Source: the human T2T-CHM13v2.0 reference genome, Homo sapiens
DNA length: 64,000 nucleotides
Strand: one strand, 5' to 3'
Assembly (NCBI RefSeq): GCF_009914755.1
Contig: NC_060925.1
Shown here: piece after piece, positions 51,384 through 64,000 of the stretch
Position numbering within the stretch: the stretch's first letter is position 1
Layout: each line of letters begins with the position of its first letter
Translations under genes and position numbers: made by a program
Notes under the pieces: generated by a model
Database searches by the model: none
What the model saw: only the letters and a program-made list of their open reading frames with translations
What the model was told of the DNA's origin: nothing

Positions 51384-54300
51384 GGAATATTACATACACT
51401 GGAGACTTGTGACCCCAAAGACTTTTGACCTGTTGAATAGAGCTCATCTTGTCCTCTCTCCAGCTCATGCATGCATCCTCCCAGCTTGCAAGGGGGCCTT
51501 GCTTCTCTGGATTGCACTTTGATTTTCTAGTTTTAAGTGACAAAGGGAGAGTCTTCTAGGGATGTTAAAGTTACTCCAGTAATTCCAGGATATTTCCAGC
51601 TCCTTTTGAAATCTTATGTTTGTAATTCTGGGTCAAGTAATGTCCAAGCCAGTGATTACATTACTGGTAGGCATGTCTCTCATGCTGGGCCACGCCCTCC
51701 ATCCCATGTTCACGATGAGCACCAACGGTCTCTGAGAGCCCAGAGCCAGTGGCTGCAACGTTGGGAAAATTCTTAAATGACCATCAGTGGTTTTGGCTCA
51801 TGTTCCTACGATTGTGGGTTCATATACCATCTCATTTTTAGAAATGTGTGTTTTTGTACTCCTGTAATTACTTTTTAATAAAGATATTTTGCCAGTCCTT
51901 AGCTCCACTCCATAGCAAAGCAAAGGACAAGAACAAGTAAGGGCTGAAACATAGAGCGTGGAGGGTTTTGCTCAGGCCATGCTTTGCTGTGGGAGAATTT
52001 TGAAGGCGGGAGTGGAGCTGCCGTTTGTGGTTTGGTGCTGTGGTGCCTGTTAAAAGTGGCTTTAATGAGAGTGTAAGGTGCTGCACACTGAAGCCCTGTG
52101 TTTATTCAGCTGCCTCCTGCCAGCGGCTACAGCTGGGATGGCTTCCCTCGCACGGCGTCTGCCCACAGCCTTGCGCCCGGAGCCCAGAGGACTCACAGGA
52201 AAAGGAGCTGGCAAAGGTGAAGCTGGTTTTCATGGTCTCCTGAGGGCCCCTGGCCCCTGGGAGATGGGTCACACTCCCTGAATGCTGTGCTGTTGGTTTC
52301 CCTGGAGGATTCTTGCTGCAGGCCAGGTCCCGTATTCTCCACACTCACCACAAGTGTCTGGGTGTGACTTGACACGGTGTGAAAGTGGAGGGGCGCGAGC
52401 ACTCAGGTGGGTGAACAGCCTGCGGCCTCCTTTCCCTGGCTGCAAAGCCGCCACTCAACTCTGCTCCAGCCCAGGTTTCGGGGAGCCGGGATCCACTTGG
52501 GCAGGCCGGGAGCCTCAGACTCCAGACTTTTCATGGTGCGCTCCTTCCTGCTTACTCACGAGGAAGGCGAGGCAGTCCAGCATCCTGGGTGGAGTGGAGG
52601 TGTTTCGAGTCCATATCTAAATCTTTTTCTTAGAGCACCCTAAGCAGGCTGCTGTCTTTGATCCCCATGCCTCTGCTGTTTATCTTGGTGTGATTCATCA
52701 CTGTAATTTAAGACGTGGAGAGAGCAGAGTTCCCATCCCAGGCAGGGGAGGCGCAGTGCAGGTTGGACTGTGTAAGGAAATGGCAGCATGGCGAGGTTTG
52801 TGCCGTGGCCTACAAGCAGGGCTGCATGCTCCCCAGGCAGACTGTGGCAGAGCCAAGCCCCTCACTTGTAGGGAAGCGTGTCTCCTAGGTGCCCCAGTAG
52901 GGGAGGTCTGCCAGCATCGCTGTGCTGTGGGGAAGGCAGCCAGAGGGCTTCATCCATAACTGGCTCAGCTCCTCAGGAGGAGACCAGCAGTGTGTCTCTG
53001 CACTCAGAACTGCCACTGGGTCGTGGTGTTAAGCCCAGGAGGGGTGCATATGTTGACAACCTTGTATTGCTTAGTTGCTGAGACCAGAAGATCCAGGTAA
53101 TTGCATGAGCTATTAGCTACTTCTGGTTCTCACAAACTCCTCCCAGTGTTGATAGAGAATGGTGTCCTCCGGGCATGCTCTGGGTATAGTTTTATTTGTA
53201 TTATTAGGGACTCATGGAGAAGTGCTCTGGGTGTCCTGCACACTGCACTTTGGAGATCATTCTGTGATTCCCAAGTCCTGCTGATTCCACTTCTTTGGCG
53301 CTCTGGGATTAGATATCCTAGGCTGCCAATCTGCATGTTCATCTTTCAGTGGGGATACCCTGCAGGGCTTGTCCACAGCTTGAATTTCAAACCAAAAGCC
53401 AGGTACGCTTTCCAGCCTTCCGATATTGGTTCAAAGAATTTGGCTGCCGAAGCTTTTGTGTAGCTGAGGCACCAGCAGGCCCGAGGCACGAGTGAATCCA
53501 GGTGGCCCGAGGAAGAGCCTTCCCATGGGCCTCAGCAGCCACACAGAGCCTCTGATCTGTTTCCCTTTGCGGGATGGTCAGTCTCCTGTGTCTCAAGACC
53601 TCAAGCAGAAACCTGTGGATCTCCCCCTCTATCTTGAAAGTCCAACCAAGTCCAGGCCTTTGTTGTGCAGTTTAAACCAGACCTGTCAGTAAACATGAGC
53701 TAATTCCAGTTTTTGTCCCTCTTTGTCCTTCTCAAGTTCCAAGGTGATCATTGCCTGTTATCTATGGGACTTGTGTAAGCTAACTTCCCAAATGCAGCTG
53801 TGAGACAAACATTTTAATTAAAAGGCAGAAGGGCCAGGAGATATAAACACTCATGTGCCTGGTTGTCAGTGAAGGCGGTGGCGTTCAGCGTCCAGGGGCT
53901 AATTATATTCTCTTCTCTGGGACTCACACAAATATTGCCACAAATGTACCTGACTGTCAGACTGAAGTCATTTATCTCCAAGTGTGGGGAGCAGTGAAGC
54001 CCACACGTCCAGGTAGATTTAGCTCTTACGGACTCTTCTGGGAAGCAGCAGGTGGGTAAAACTGAAAGCATCAGCTATTGCACCCTAGCTGCAGGTTTTC
54101 ACAGAAAGCTGAATCAACTTGTATTGGGGATTCTGCATTTTAGAGTTCTCTCAAAGACCTAGGTTTGGGCCCTAAAATGCAGCCACCAGAGCAGGCACAC
54201 CTTAAAAAGTAGGTAATGAGTGGCCTTAGTGCCTGGGCAGCCGTCAGTACTGGCCTCCTTTGGTTGTCCCTGTCCACTGACCCTCCTTCCTCCCGTTCTC

Positions 54301-54633
54301 TCACGTTTGCATTCATCTGCAGCCTCCATTACCATTGACCAGCTTTGCCGCTTACCTGCCTCCACCCTTCCTTCCCTAAGTTCGAGTAGTTTCCTAAGTA
54401 GCTTCCCCTTAGTTTCCTAAGGCTGAAGTAATAGAGTATAGCACAAACTGGATGGCTTAAAAGTTCTCCTTCTCAGAAAGTACAAAATCTAGGTGTTGGC
54501 ACAGCTGTGCTCCCCGCAAAGCCTCTAGGGAAGAATCCTTCCTTGCCTCTTCCTAGTTTCTGGTGGCTGCTGGCAACCCTTCGTGTTCCTTTATGGCTGT
54601 GTCACTCCAGTTTCTGCCCCCATCATTACATGA

Positions 54634-54996
<363 letters not shown>

Positions 54997-56289
54997 TGAC
55001 TCTACCTTAACTAAACATAACATCTGCAAAGACCCTGTGTCCAAATAAGGTCACATTCTGAAGTTCTGGGTAGATGCAAATTTTGGGAGACACTATTTGC
55101 CACTACGGGTTTCTCCAAGTTGTGCTGTCCTGTGACTGAACACTGACCCTGTTGCTCTATTGTGGATGTTTGGGAGGATTAACACCAGCCTGTTTCTGCT
55201 CACACTGCTTTCTCTGCCTGGAATTTGCTTTACAGCCTGTTGTCCCTGGTGTGACCATCATTCATCTTGTAAGACTTAACAGCCCAGCTTTGCCCCCACT
55301 GTGGATTCCTGGCGGAAACACCGTCCCTCTTCTCCTGGTGTACATGTTCTGTCACGGTCTCTGGATCACTTGACTGTACTTATTGTTTGAGTGGTACTCA
55401 CCACTAATTGGAGCATAAGCCCCTTGAAGGTTTCATTTACATCCGGGTCTCAGTACTAGGGACTTAGCAGGTGCTCATAATTCATAACTGCTTTTGATGG
55501 AGTTGGAGAGGCTAGTTATTAAGATTTTTCTGAATGTAGCATCCTTAGCTGGCTTTCAGGATAGTGACTGCATGCTCTAAAAGGAGATCTTTGCAGATTT
55601 TACTCTATGATGAGAAAACTTTTTAGTACTTTTTCTGTCAGCATGTACCTAGGTAATAAGAAGAATGACGTGACATGTATTTGGGGAATTAGCATACAAG
55701 AAGTACTTTGACATTTTCCACGTGTGAAGAAAGCTGTTTTTATTGACCTAGCTGAAGGGATCAAATTCATATTTGAAAAGATGTGGCTAAAACTTGAAAA
55801 GGACTTGTCCATGGGGGATGTCTTCATCCCTTCTCCCTGCTCAGGGAGAAGTTGCAGGCCATAAAGTGTGAGGGCATCAGCCTGGATGAGCTCTAAAGCT
55901 CAATGTTAATTTCGGATTTTAATAACATGTAAGAATACAAGTTTGATTGCAGAAGCCACAATCAAGTTCAAGGGAGGGTGAATGAATGGGAAGTAGAAGG
56001 GACCATGTGTACGTCTGTGTGTGTGTGTGCATGTATGCACACATTTTTTTAGGCTTTGGTTCCTTTAGCTATAAAATAAGGGAGTTAAAATGGGGGTGGT
56101 TTATGGTCACAATTGTTTCCTTCAAGTATCTAAAAGGCTTTCACCAGCAAGGGGGACTTGGGTTCAGAACAAGGCATTGGGTGAACCAGTGGTAGAACTG
56201 AAAGGTCGTTTCAGTGTGAAAGTGAACTTTCTTTTCAAGCAAAGGCTGGATGTCATTTGGGAGCTTGTAAAAAGAATTGTTATATGGCT

Positions 56290-56884
56290 GCCAGGCGCAA
56301 TGGCTCACACCTGTAATCCTAGCACTTTGGTAGGCTGAAATGGATGGATCCCTTAAGGCCAGAAGTTTGAGCCAGCCTGAGCAACATGGTGAAACCCCGT
56401 CTCTACTAAAATACAAAAAATGAGCCAGGCGTGGTGGCATGTGCCTGTAGTCCCAGCTACTCCGGTAGGCCGAGGCACGAGAATTGCTTGAACCTGGGAA
56501 GCAGAGGTTGCAGTTAGCTGAGATTGCACCGCTGCACTCCATCCTGGACGACAAAGGAGACTGTCTCAAAAATAAAAATAAAAATCGGCCAGGTTTGGTG
56601 ACTCACACCTGTAATCCCAGCACTTTGGGAGGCCAAGGCAGGTGGATCATCTGAGGTCAGGAGTGCAAGACCAGCCTGGCCAACATGGCGAAACCCCATC
56701 TCCACTAAAAATCAGCCAGGCATGGTGGCGTGCGCCTGTAATCCCAGCTACTTGGGATTTGAGGCAGGAGAATTGCTCGGACCTGGGAGACAGAGGTTGC
56801 AGTGAGCTGAGATACGCCACTGCACTCCAGCTTGGGCGACAGAGCGAGACTCCATCCCTAAATAAATAAAATAATTAAAAAAAA
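56290..56884 (+). mobile_element. Two tandem Alus (56290-56584 and 56587-56884)
   Basis: Two head-to-tail Alu dimers, each with an A-rich tail. Confidence 0.95.
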
Positions 56885-59675
56885 CAATTGGTATATGGAT
56901 TGGGAGATTGGACTGATGGACTCTTGATTTCTCTGATTCTTGAATCTCTGCTTGGGTGAACACTAAGATTCCTTCCATTTCTAAAATTTTGAGGTTCAGT
57001 ATAAATAGAAATGGGGTCATGCTTTTGTGGCTAGGAGCTGTGTGTATATTCTAGCCACCAACCAACCCCATCACCGCTGCAAAATGTTCATGCTTATTAT
57101 TAGTAATGCGATAATTTTTTGTGTTTGTACAATGCATTATAGTTTATAAATGCCTTCACTGTCATTATTTCATTTGCTCTTCTCAACAACCACATGCAGT
57201 GGTTGGTGTTATCTCTTTATCAAAAGCCAAGAAAAAGGCCAAGAAGGGGGAAATGACTTATACAGGATTACAGGGTAGGTAGCAGGAATCTAGACCTTCT
57301 GGAATCTAGTACTCCTACAATGGATGCCTCCCTATAGGTAGGTTTGATTTTCAGGAGGCTGAGAGTTGGCAGGAAGTACTGCATAAAAACAAAGAGTAGC
57401 ATAACTTTGTGGCCCCAGTCCCTAAGGAAAACTGTGCAGAGTGGACCCATCTTGGCTCATTTCCCATGGCAGTACCCTCATGGTGGGCCTCTGGAGGAGG
57501 TTGGTACAGGCGCACCTGGGATCAAGTTGGCCGCTTCAACATATATGGCCATATAAGCTCGTGGTGGCTATCGTTTATGAATTATTTACTTTGAATAACC
57601 ACTTTAAAATGTGTTATTTCATCTTCAGCACAGACCTAAACCAGGCAGGCTACTCCTCTTTAGGAAGCAGGAAAGTGGTGGGTGAACTCCCAAGTCTCCA
57701 GTATTTTTCCTGGTATAAATGCCAACTAGCTTTGAAGTCTCATAATGTCATAGAACTTGGAATCATCCCAATGGATATTTAAGCTCATGAGACTTAACCT
57801 GCCTTAGGGCGATGCCGACCTCAGCCAGCGCCTGGTATACTTGGATCTCGCAGGCTGCTGCTGGAGGTTCCGAGTAGCTGCCTGTACCAGGCCTGCCCCA
57901 GTCAATTCATTAGCCTTTCAGTAAGACGTTTTATGCCACTGAGTATTTTGGAGCCCACTTATCATGGTAATCAGGGTTTTCTGTGCTGCTCTTCCCATCC
58001 TGCAGATGAAGAGTATGAGGTTTGGAGAAGTGACTAATTTGTTCAAGGTGAATGAATGAGTGAGAGAGCCTGGAGTCATGTTGTCTGGGGCCAGAGTCTG
58101 CACCAGTTGCACTGTGCGTGCCTCCTCCCACAGCCTCTGTGCAGACTCAGACATGCACAGAGCATGGGGAGGCAGTGGATGGTCTAGATATGCAGGGCAT
58201 TAATTTGGTTTGTATTTTTTTCTTCAGAATTTATCTTTAAAAAATATGTCTTTCAGATTTTTGTGCATTAACATTTGAACTACGTTTTGAGGTGCTTCTT
58301 TCCAGGTCTGTTTAAGAAATGTAGCCCAAGGGCAAGCCCCTCTTCTCTGTTGCCATGGCAGTCATGTAACAGTTGTCAACAACACTGGGAGTGCTTTCGT
58401 GGTTGATTAGACACAAAAGACCACAGCATTTCTCATTCCACCCTCTTTGTCCTGCAAAGAAAATAGGCCAGTAGGCAATGTGGTCAGCAGTGGGTTTTAA
58501 ATTAAAATGTAGCCATCAGATTCCCTTAGACCTTTGTGTAGACCCATTGCTGGCCCGTCCTTCCCAGGAGTTCAAGTTTGGACCAGCCTAGACTGAAGCC
58601 TATTGAGGAGGTTTTTATGCATAGGTCTCAAGCGAATTTCTGTCACAACTAGGCGTACCTTCATGTGCTGTTTTCCACAAATCTATGTGGTCTGGGAGAG
58701 AGTATTTCTTTCCCTGGGTTGTGACTAGGCAGGTATGTTGGCATGTGGCACCAGTTGAGCACAGAGTCCTCTATCTTGGGAAAATGCTCCTTGTCATAGG
58801 TTTCTCAGGGGGCTGAGTCCACAGTCTATACTTCAGGCTCCCCCTGATGGTAATACAGGGGTCCTGTTCAGTCAGGCTACTGCCTTTTCTCTCTGAATTT
58901 AATGGTGATAACAGAGGGGGCAAGTTTCTAACCAACTTGATTTTTCTTGCCTCCCACATTTCCCCAAGATTGTCTGGTCTAGAGATTGGGGTTTGTAGAA
59001 GGATTTGCTTTTGTTCATCTCTGGGGCCCTTTTTGCCTCTGAAATTCCATGATTTTATGAAATACATATTCAAGACTGATCTTAGGCCTGTGGGAATTCT
59101 AAGATTGCATGAACAGAGAAGTTAAGCCTGCAAGTATTATATACCCATGGAGGAACCAAAGGACGTGTCCCCTGTGTGTCAGGGATTTGCATGGGCAAGC
59201 TTGTTGAAGGGGCAAGACCAGCTTCCTTGACTCCCTCGAAGATATCACAAGTCATGTGTCATCACTGTTGATGCTGCAAGTTTAGGGACAGATCAGTGGG
59301 GACTGGAGGATTCGAAAAGCCTTCCTGAAAGAAGCCAGTCCTGTGTTGGCTTTGTGGTTCCTTCCATATTTGGGGGGTGGAGAGGAATCAAGGCAAGAGG
59401 AATGCTGGGCACGGACAGTGGCGGAGGGAATGGCTGCTCCCTGCATCCTGGCCTCCTGGGGCTATGACTGAGGCCATGGCATAGTAATTAGGAATGACTG
59501 ATAGCAGTAGTGAGGGAGAATGTGGAAAAAATGTAAACAAAACAGCCTCACCTATTCACACTTGCTGCAGCTTGGGACAGAGTGGGGATAGATGGCCTCC
59601 GCCTCCTGATGGAACCCAGTGTCTTCACTGCCTTATGTACGTGGCACAGCTCACTGTTAAGATGCGTAATCATCA

Positions 59676-60056
<381 letters not shown>

Positions 60057-61050
60057 TTATCCCAAAATGTCACAACCATTTTATTTAAGTTGTGCACTTG
60101 AGTTTTGTGTTTATTTAGTTACTTGGAAATTCTCATTCCCTAATACTGCCAGGTATGCTGGGCATCAAACAGACCATCCTCTGTAGGTGAGAGCATGCAC
60201 ACTCTTGGAGGCGTTTATCAACTTCACCCTGAGATCTCTTCAGCTCCAGCATTGGCTTCTCAGCCTGTGGGGCTGGCCAAGCCCACGGCAGGCTCTGAGT
60301 CATCCTGTTGCTTCTCTGAGAGGGCAGAGCCAGAGGGAGTGCAGGACGCCTGCACTTTCCCCTTGTTTGGTATTTTTGAGCAAAGACTCTCACTCTTTGG
60401 GAGGACTGTGAGAGCCATGCCTGTGACACCCAGGGCTGGCATCCCACAGTACCCGCCCCCACCCTGGGCACTTCCTGGGACGCCAGGACTTTGCTCTGAG
60501 GGGCTGTCAGGTGGGCTGTGGACTTGGCTTATTTGGAGAGCTGGCCCATTTGGAGAGCATCTGCTGAGGCCCCGTGCTGGAAGGCGGTGGGCCGGGAGCC
60601 CTGCTGGAGACAGAAGCCACTGCTCTGGGCAGTGCATCACACTCACAGGGTGGAGGGTGAGAGAGACAGCCAGGAGGCTCCGACCCACCCATCCCCTCAC
60701 AGGCCCCAGCTGAATTAATGGGATTCCCTTGACCCCTCCTTGCAGCCTCGCTGAACAGAAAAGCAAAACCCAGCAACCACAAGATAGTTTTGAGTTGAAA
60801 ATGGTTCTGAGAACTTCTGATGATTGCTTTTTAATTTTTAAATTTAGATCAGGGTAATGCTTTTCTGTTGGAATCCAGGGGCCTAGAGATGTTTCTTTAT
60901 CAGTGGAGGAGGGGGGATGAAGTGAGTTTGAACCCCAGTGGGTCTGTGTGTATAAACTGAGTCTTACAGCCATGTGGAGGGAGCCTCAGAAAGCCCAGGC
61001 ACTCCAGAAAAGGCATGCACAGGGGTGGGAGCTGAGCTAGGCACACCAGG

Positions 61051-61052
<2 letters not shown>

Positions 61053-61087
<35 letters not shown>

Positions 61088-61108
61088 AGAGAGAGAGAGA
61101 GAGAGAGA
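61053..61108. repeat. Compound (GT)n(GA)n microsatellite
   Basis: Read directly. Confidence 0.95.
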
Positions 61109-62548
61109 TCAGGGAGAGGGTTGCAATGAATCTCTGGATGGGGTAGGAATAAAGAAACACTTGCCCCTCTCTGGAGAATGCCATGGACAGGGGGCAAGGA
61201 CGGAGTTGGAGCCACATTGACTTGGAGATTGCCAGGTGAGACCTTCAGGGCAAGCAGACTAGACTTCTGCAGGAAGAGCTCTCGTGACACACAAACCTCC
61301 ACGGAAGTCCGCCTCCTCAGGAAGGCTGCACCCTGTCCCAGGCAGCCAGAAGCTCTTCTCCGTGGTTACTCAGCCCCACGTGTTCCAGCATGAGAACATA
61401 CTCACTGTCATGGGGTTCATGCTCCAGGTACCAGCTAAGGTCTATCTTGATATTCCCAGGGCTTAGCAGACACAGGCACTCAAATATGGAATGACGAGTG
61501 AACAACTGAGTAACTGAATGGTCAGAATTTTCAAAATGCAGATTTGCTGTTAGGAGTCTTAGGTTTACTTCCATTATGCAAAGTTGGTCTCACCGGATTT
61601 CCCCTGATAGTGTTCCCCAGCCTCACATGACTGTACATTATCTAGGACGATATTAAGTACCAACTGAATGCGGGCACTGTTGGGGATATAACTCAGAAAG
61701 TTTTACCATGATTCTGCTCTTAAGCAGGTTAGCTGACTGACTTCCAGATTCAACTCTGTTCAAGTCTTGAAGCAGAGCTCCAAGGGGAGCCAAATGGGTG
61801 GGTAGACAGAATTTCCAGTGGATAGGAGCTCCCTTGTCTTGGTGTGAAGTGAGGATCCCTGAGCCACCTGGAGAGTGTTGGAACACAGTGTGGTCATCCA
61901 GGAATCAAAGGGAGGCCCATCCTGGTGCTCTGGCTACTGCAAATAATCCTTGTAAGCCGATCTGCTTAGCAGAGTACTAGAAAGGAAAATCCAAAGGGCA
62001 AGATAAAAATATATCTGTGGTATTTAACATGGTGGTGGTTGGAGATGTCAGCACGTACGCTGTTACACAGAGTCCGCATGTTACCGGGAAGCCCAACTTG
62101 GAGGTTTGTAAATCATATCAGAGTTCCAGCTCTCCTGTTTATTAAATGCATACTGTTGTGCAGGTCATAGATTTTTGAGCCTCAGTTTTCTTACCTCGAA
62201 TGATTGTGAGGGTTAAATGAGAATCAGGTATGTGCAAACCCTTGCTGTATCATTGCAAGGTGTTCTTCAAAGTGGCAAGTGTTCTGCACCATAGACCAAG
62301 GGCATATTCTTTTGCTGTCTATACTCATTTCCAATTATAAGTACCCTCCCACATCCTCTCTCCCACTTGTTGATGGTACCTGTTCTTTGTTCCCCTGCTG
62401 CTCTCTGAGGACCAAGCAGGGGATAGGTTGGAGACCTAGAATATCGGAACATAGATAGTCACCTTCATACCCCTCTGCCAAAGGCCAGAGATAGCACTCC
62501 AAGGGGCAGGGGGACCCAGAAAGATCAAGTGGTCTCAGCGGAGGCTCT

Positions 62549-62865
<317 letters not shown>

Positions 62866-63403
62866 CAAGGCCCTCTTAAGTACGCTCTGCCCTGGATGGC
62901 TGCAGTTGTTCTGGTCTGTATAAAACCTAAGTTCCAGGATTCCTTATACCCAGGGATACCAAGGCCTAGGGGACAAAACCCTGAATGAGGACCTGAGAAA
63001 CCTGAATCTATACTTTGTTCTTTCACTCATTAGCTCTGCAACCATTAGTAAGTCTCTTGCCCTTTTGGGGGCATCCTCAGTTTCTTCTTTTGTAAACCGA
63101 GGAAAAATAGAAAAAGTTCTTGTGTGCCTAAAGCTAAATGTAAGTTATGAGTTACAACTTCTTCCTCTTTCAACAAAGGGCTAGATGGGATGTGGCTAAT
63201 CACAGGTCCAGGAGAGGGCACAGAAGCCACTTGGCCATGGGGCTTAGTTTCAGCTTTAAGTTCTCATCCTGGAGACCAGAAGTGTGGTGGAACCCAGTGG
63301 ACTTCTGTATGAGATTATCTTTGATGTTGTGTTCCTTTACCTGACTCCAAAAGAGGATTTTTCATTTAGGACCTGCTTATTCAGTGAAAAAGCTTTGCAT
63401 TAA

Positions 63404-63718
<315 letters not shown>

Positions 63719-64000
63719 TAGAGGAATGTTGATTTACCATCTACCTGTGTTGGAAGCCTGTTCATTTTGGGATTTTATGATTGAAAACAGCAGCGGTGTG
63801 TGTTTCCTGCCTTCTGCCAGGATCATCTTATATTGGAAGCTGTTAGGAAAGGGTTGCTTTTCAAAATTTGTGCACATTACCCACAAACTCAGAAAGCTAC
63901 CTAAATCATTAAGACTAGAAATCTCAGTAGTCCAGGCATCTGGTGAGATACCTGCGGGCACTTCTTACTCGTGGCTAGGAGCCGGAGTTGAGTGGGTGGC

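Noticed and set aside
60195-60973. 172-aa and 237-aa overlapping ORFs in intron 4
   Set aside because: GC-rich intronic sequence with no recognisable domain or supporting exon structure; chance ORFs unless Ribo-seq shows otherwise.

Overview
Human (or very closely related great-ape) genomic DNA covering the 5' part of VANGL1, the planar-cell-polarity gene (Strabismus/Van Gogh family), on the + strand. The window holds a CpG-island promoter and non-coding exon 1 (~23040-23166), a likely alternative first exon, and coding exons 2-5 (codons 1-315; the gene continues past the window). Exon 4 encodes Thr116 where I recall Ala in the reference. The first ~22 kb is upstream, repeat-dense DNA: old L1M fragments, a SNORA42/SNORA80-family H/ACA snoRNA retrocopy, a twin-primed 5'-inverted L1PA2-like insertion, a full-length dead L1PA7-like element, LTRs, Alus, MIR and L2. 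There are no prokaryotic features or CRISPR arrays. The best unexplained structures are: (1) an inverted repeat in intron 2 with ~270-bp arms and a 147-bp perfect core, not recognisable as a transposon; (2) exons 3+4, which form a 741-nt, stop-free, phase-matched unit, so the back-spliced circle would carry an endless ORF; (3) an older ~320-bp inverted duplication interrupting an LTR; (4) a run of hairpins in the 5'UTR. These are candidates to test, not a demonstrated new system. Repeat subfamily names and database identifiers are from memory and need confirming.
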